A stretch of 64,000 nucleotides of DNA, from NCBI GenBank assembly GCA_046704725.1, contig JBJKRI010000006.1:128001-192000 (forward strand). The letters run 5' to 3'. Of the stretch, positions 60,246-64,000 are shown piece after piece. Source of the DNA: Candidatus Woesearchaeota archaeon (GTDB taxonomy: Archaea > Nanobdellota > Nanobdellia > Woesearchaeales > SKIA01). The notes under the pieces were generated by a model. The model made no database searches, was not told the origin of the DNA, and worked only from the letters and a program-made list of their open reading frames with translations. The first letter of the stretch is position 1. Every line of letters begins with the position of its first letter. Position numbers and translations under genes: made by a program.

Positions 60246-61405
60246 ACAAGACTGCACTGCTGCTCGTGCTGCTGGCGCTCGCAACGCCGCTGGTGGCCGC
60301 GCAGCTCCAGACCAGCACGCCGGTCGACGTCAGCCTGCTGCGCTACCAACCGGTGCCCGCGCAGGCCGGCGACGTGCTCGACGTGTACATCCAGATCGCG
60401 AACAACGGGACCTCGCAGGCAGGCGACGTCCAGCTCCAGATACTGTCGAGCGACAACCTGCAGCCCGAAGGGCAGAGCACGGTGGACGTCGGGACGCTCG
60501 CCGCGCAGAGCACGTACGTCGCGCACGTGAAAGTGCGCGTGGACGCTGCCGCGCCGGCAGGACCGCACATCCTTCTCGTGCAGACCAAGCAGGGCACGCA
60601 GAGCTGGCAGGACCACCAGCTCACCATACAGGTGCAGCCGACGCAGGCCAGCGTCTTCGTGGGCGCGGTGACGAGCACGCCAGCAGTGGTCGCTCCGGGA
60701 CAGGACGCGACGGTCTCTCTCACCATACAGAACCAGGCGGACCAGCGATTGCGCGACCTGAGCGTCTCGCTCGACCTGAGCAACAGTCCGTTCATCCCCA
60801 TGGACGGGACCGCGAGACAGACCGTGCAACTGGTGATGCCGAAGACGTCCGCCGACGTGAGCTTCCACCTCAGCGCGAAGCCTGGCGCGACGGCCGACAG
60901 CTACCGGATCCCCGTGACCATCACGTACCTCGACGAGCTCGGCGAGACCAAGACGCAGACCGACACCATCGGTATGCGCGTGGATGCGACGCCAGACGTG
61001 AAGGCCTATATCGACTCGGTCACCTCGCAGCAGGGCGGCGCACAAGTGTCCGTGCGCATCGTCAACCAGGGACTCTCGCAGATCAAGTTCGCCGAAGCGC
61101 ACATCGCGAGCGGCACGGACTACACGGTGCCGGACCAGGAACGCGACCAGTACGTCGGCAACATCGACAGCGACGACTGGGACACGATCCGATTCTCGGT
61201 GAAGACCACGCAGCAGCAGGTGACGATACCCATCACCTACAGCTACAAGGACAGCTTCAACCAGGAGCACAACGCGACCCAGAGCTTCGTCGTCGACATC
61301 CCCGCGCAGCAGGGCGGCAGCGGCGCGACGCTCTGGATTATCCTGATCGTGATCGTAGTCGGGGGCGGCGGCATCTGGTGGTACCGGAGGCGGCGCAAGA
61401 AGTAG
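60242..61405 (+). CDS. COG1361-like S-layer/Ig-domain membrane-anchored protein
   Basis: Signal peptide, Ig-like domains, YVGNIDSDD, C-terminal TM plus RRRRKK. Confidence 0.8.
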   Translation: MNKTALLLVLLALATPLVAAQLQTSTPVDVSLLRYQPVPAQAGDVLDVYIQIANNGTSQAGDVQLQILSSDNLQPEGQSTVDVGTLAAQSTYVAHVKVRVDAAAPAGPHILLVQTKQGTQSWQDHQLTIQVQPTQASVFVGAVTSTPAVVAPGQDATVSLTIQNQADQRLRDLSVSLDLSNSPFIPMDGTARQTVQLVMPKTSADVSFHLSAKPGATADSYRIPVTITYLDELGETKTQTDTIGMRVDATPDVKAYIDSVTSQQGGAQVSVRIVNQGLSQIKFAEAHIASGTDYTVPDQERDQYVGNIDSDDWDTIRFSVKTTQQQVTIPITYSYKDSFNQEHNATQSFVVDIPAQQGGSGATLWIILIVIVVGGGGIWWYRRRRKK

Positions 61406-61412
61406 GTGAAGC

Positions 61413-62639
61413 GTGCTTCGCGACAGCTTCACCTATGCGGCTCGCTCCCTCATACACCGCAGGCTGCGCTCCTGGCTGACCGTCATCGGCATCTTCATCG
61501 GGATCGCCGCGGTCGTCGGGCTCATCAGCCTCGGGCAGGGATTGCGCGGCGCGGTGGCGGAACAGTTCTCCGCATTGGGCGCGCAGACGCTCGTCATCCA
61601 GCCACAGAGCGGCGGCTTCGGACCTCCGGGAGTCGGCTCCGCGGTGAAGCTGGACAAGAGCGATCTGAAAGTCGTGCAGCAGGCGCAGTACGTGCAATTA
61701 GCCACGGGGCGATTGCTCAAACCGGTCACGGTGCAGTTCAACCGGAAAGCGGTCACGGCCTTCCTAGCGAGCCTGCCCGACGACCGCGCGCAACGCGACA
61801 TGGTCTTGTCGTCTGCGAACGAGCATATCGAGAGCGGACGCCAACTGCTCGCGACGGACCGCGGACGCGTCGTGCTCGGTGCGGGCTTCGCCGCCGGAGG
61901 GCAGTACGCCAAGACGTTCGGCACGCCCGTGCAGGTCGGCGACAAGATCGATATCGCCGGAACGAAGTTCGAGGTCACCGGCATCCTCGGCAAGAAAGGC
62001 AACCCGCAGAGCGACCAGGCCATCCTCATGAACGAGCCGGACATGCGAGCGCTCCTGAACCTCTCGGACGAATACTCGTTCATCGTCGCGGAAGCCGACA
62101 GCATCCAGGACGTGAACGCCGCGCGCGACGCGATAGAGAAAGACCTCCGGAAGCACCGCAACGTGAAGCCACGGCAAGAGGACTTCACCGTGCAGACCTC
62201 GCAGGACATCCTCAACACCGTGGATAGCGTGCTCGGAATCGTGACGGGAGTGCTCGTGGGCATCGCGGCCATCAGCCTGCTCGTCGGGGGAATCGGCATC
62301 ATGAACACGATGTACACCGCAGTGTTGGAACGGCGAAAAGAGATCGGCATCATGAAGGCCGTGGGCGCGACGAACGCACAGGTACTGCAGCGCTTCCTCA
62401 TCGAGAGCGGGATGCTGGGCATGGTGGGCGGAGGCATCGGGGTGCTCATCGGCGTCGGCATGTCCAAGCTCGTCGAGCTCGGCGCATCGCAGGCGCTCGG
62501 CCCCAGCGTGCTCAAGGCGACCAGCCCCTGGTGGCTCATCGTGGGGGCGCTCGCCTTCAGTTTCGTCGTCGGCACATTGTCGGGCATCCTGCCGGCGCGT
62601 CAGGCGGCACGATTGCCACCCGTGGAGGCGTTGCGGTGA
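61413..62639 (+). CDS. ABC transporter permease (FtsX/MacB family)
   Basis: RSWLTVIGIFIGIAAV, GGIGIMNTMYTAVLER..EIGIMKA. Confidence 0.93.
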   Translation: MLRDSFTYAARSLIHRRLRSWLTVIGIFIGIAAVVGLISLGQGLRGAVAEQFSALGAQTLVIQPQSGGFGPPGVGSAVKLDKSDLKVVQQAQYVQLATGRLLKPVTVQFNRKAVTAFLASLPDDRAQRDMVLSSANEHIESGRQLLATDRGRVVLGAGFAAGGQYAKTFGTPVQVGDKIDIAGTKFEVTGILGKKGNPQSDQAILMNEPDMRALLNLSDEYSFIVAEADSIQDVNAARDAIEKDLRKHRNVKPRQEDFTVQTSQDILNTVDSVLGIVTGVLVGIAAISLLVGGIGIMNTMYTAVLERRKEIGIMKAVGATNAQVLQRFLIESGMLGMVGGGIGVLIGVGMSKLVELGASQALGPSVLKATSPWWLIVGALAFSFVVGTLSGILPARQAARLPPVEALR

Positions 62640-63850
62640 AGCCCGTCTTCATGCTCGCGGTCAACAACCTTCTTCACCGGAAGAAACGGGCGTGGCTGAC
62701 CATGATCGGCATCTTCATCGGCATCGCCGCGGTGGTGAGCCTCATCAGTCTCGGGCAAGGGCTCGAGGGAGCGATCAACCTCCAGTTCCAGCGCATCGGC
62801 TCGGACAAGCTCTTCATACAGAGCGACGCGAACCTGTTCGGCGCCTCGGGCGGGGACATCAGCAACCCCCTCACCACCAAGGACATGAACACCGTAGCGG
62901 GCGTGCAGGGGGTGGCGGAGGTATCGAGCTACGTGCTGCGCGTGGTGCGGGTGCAGGTCGGACAGGACGTCGGTTACTATTACGCGGCGGGCTTTCCCAC
63001 ATCGCAAGGATACCAGTTAGCGCGGGACAGCATACCCGTCGACCTGTACGACGGCCGCGAGCTGCGGCCGGGGGATACGAACAAGGTGCTCGTGGGATAC
63101 GACTACACGCGCACATCGAGCTTCCAGAATCCTGTGGGCGTGGGCGACCGTATCACCGTGAACGGCCAGAAGTTCACGGTCGTGGGCGTCATGGAGCCCG
63201 TCGGGGACGCGCCCGACGACCACGCGGTCTACATGCCGATCGACACGCTCAAACAGCTCACGAACGTGACCGACCAGCGCGACGCGATCATCGCGCGCGT
63301 CGCACCGGGAGAGGATCCGAACCAGGTGGCGGCCGACATCACGCGCGAGCTCGATAGGGAACGACACCTGCGCGCCGGCGAGGAGGACTTCAACGTGCAG
63401 ACGCCTGAGGACCTCCTCGCGAGCTTCGGCACCATCATCACGCTCGTGCAGGTCGTGCTCGTGGGCATCGCCGGGATCAGCCTGCTCGTCGGCGGCATCG
63501 GCATCATGAACACGATGTACACCGCCGTCTTGGAGCGAACGCGCGACATCGGCATCATGAAGGCCATCGGCGCGTCGCCCGGAGACATCCGGAGCATCTT
63601 CTTGCTCGAGAGCGGACTGCTCGGGTTGGTCGGCGGGATGATCGGCGTGGCCATCGGCGTGGCCATCGCCAAAGCCGTGCAGTACATCGGAACCGCCGTG
63701 CTGCACTCCGCGTTCCTCACCGCGGAGCTGCCGTGGTGGCTGATCGTCGGCGCGCTCGTGTTCAGCACGGTCATCGGCATGGTCTCCGGCTACCTGCCCG
63801 CGCGCAGCGCGTCGCGGCAGAATCCCGTGGAGAGCCTGCGCTACGAGTGA
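62636..63850 (+). CDS. ABC transporter permease (FtsX/MacB family)
   Basis: Paralog of the previous gene; ends NPVESLRYE. Confidence 0.93.
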   Translation: MKPVFMLAVNNLLHRKKRAWLTMIGIFIGIAAVVSLISLGQGLEGAINLQFQRIGSDKLFIQSDANLFGASGGDISNPLTTKDMNTVAGVQGVAEVSSYVLRVVRVQVGQDVGYYYAAGFPTSQGYQLARDSIPVDLYDGRELRPGDTNKVLVGYDYTRTSSFQNPVGVGDRITVNGQKFTVVGVMEPVGDAPDDHAVYMPIDTLKQLTNVTDQRDAIIARVAPGEDPNQVAADITRELDRERHLRAGEEDFNVQTPEDLLASFGTIITLVQVVLVGIAGISLLVGGIGIMNTMYTAVLERTRDIGIMKAIGASPGDIRSIFLLESGLLGLVGGMIGVAIGVAIAKAVQYIGTAVLHSAFLTAELPWWLIVGALVFSTVIGMVSGYLPARSASRQNPVESLRYE

Positions 63851-63907
63851 AGTATCAGTGAACCACACATACGTTTATAAAGAAACTTCGTGTCGGTACG
63901 CATTCCG

Positions 63908-64000
63908 ATGCAGCAGAAACTGGTGAGTGCGTGCCCGCAGTGCGGTTCGACGGAGGTGAGGCAGGACACGAGCGACCCCCTCCAAGGACCGTTCGGCCTT
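63908..64000 (+). CDS. Zn-ribbon protein, truncated at window end
   Basis: MQQKLVSACPQCGS; TTTATAA upstream. Confidence 0.5.
   Translation, partial: MQQKLVSACPQCGSTEVRQDTSDPLQGPFGL

Overview
GC-rich archaeal chromosome segment, probably a DPANN/Woesearchaeota-like organism. That assignment is inferred from Cdc6/Orc1, a PINA ATPase, RtcB plus archease, OapABC, archaellins, a PGF-pre-PGF surface protein, bacterial-type UvrABC, and TATA boxes about 25 nt upstream of many start codons. The window holds tRNA-Ser(GCT), serS, uvrABC, a TA pair, several large secreted proteins and a PadR-ABC exporter operon. Three things stand out. (1) An AT-richer island (~49.39-53.2 kb) has four gene cassettes separated by five ~55-nt TAAC...GTTA hairpin sites. 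The terminal stems co-vary, and each cassette's two ends are reverse complements, which is integron/attC logic. The adjacent tyrosine recombinase appears to lack the IntI-specific insertion, and the island is bracketed by a duplicated uvrB 5' end. (2) A four-gene operon (7891-10683) appears to encode archaellin-like proteins split into separate N-half and C-half genes, with one C-half carrying a large FN3-like cargo. (3) A stand-alone sigma54-activator-type AAA+ protein with an intact GAFTGA motif sits in an archaeal context. All calls come from reading the sequence by eye; no database searches were run.
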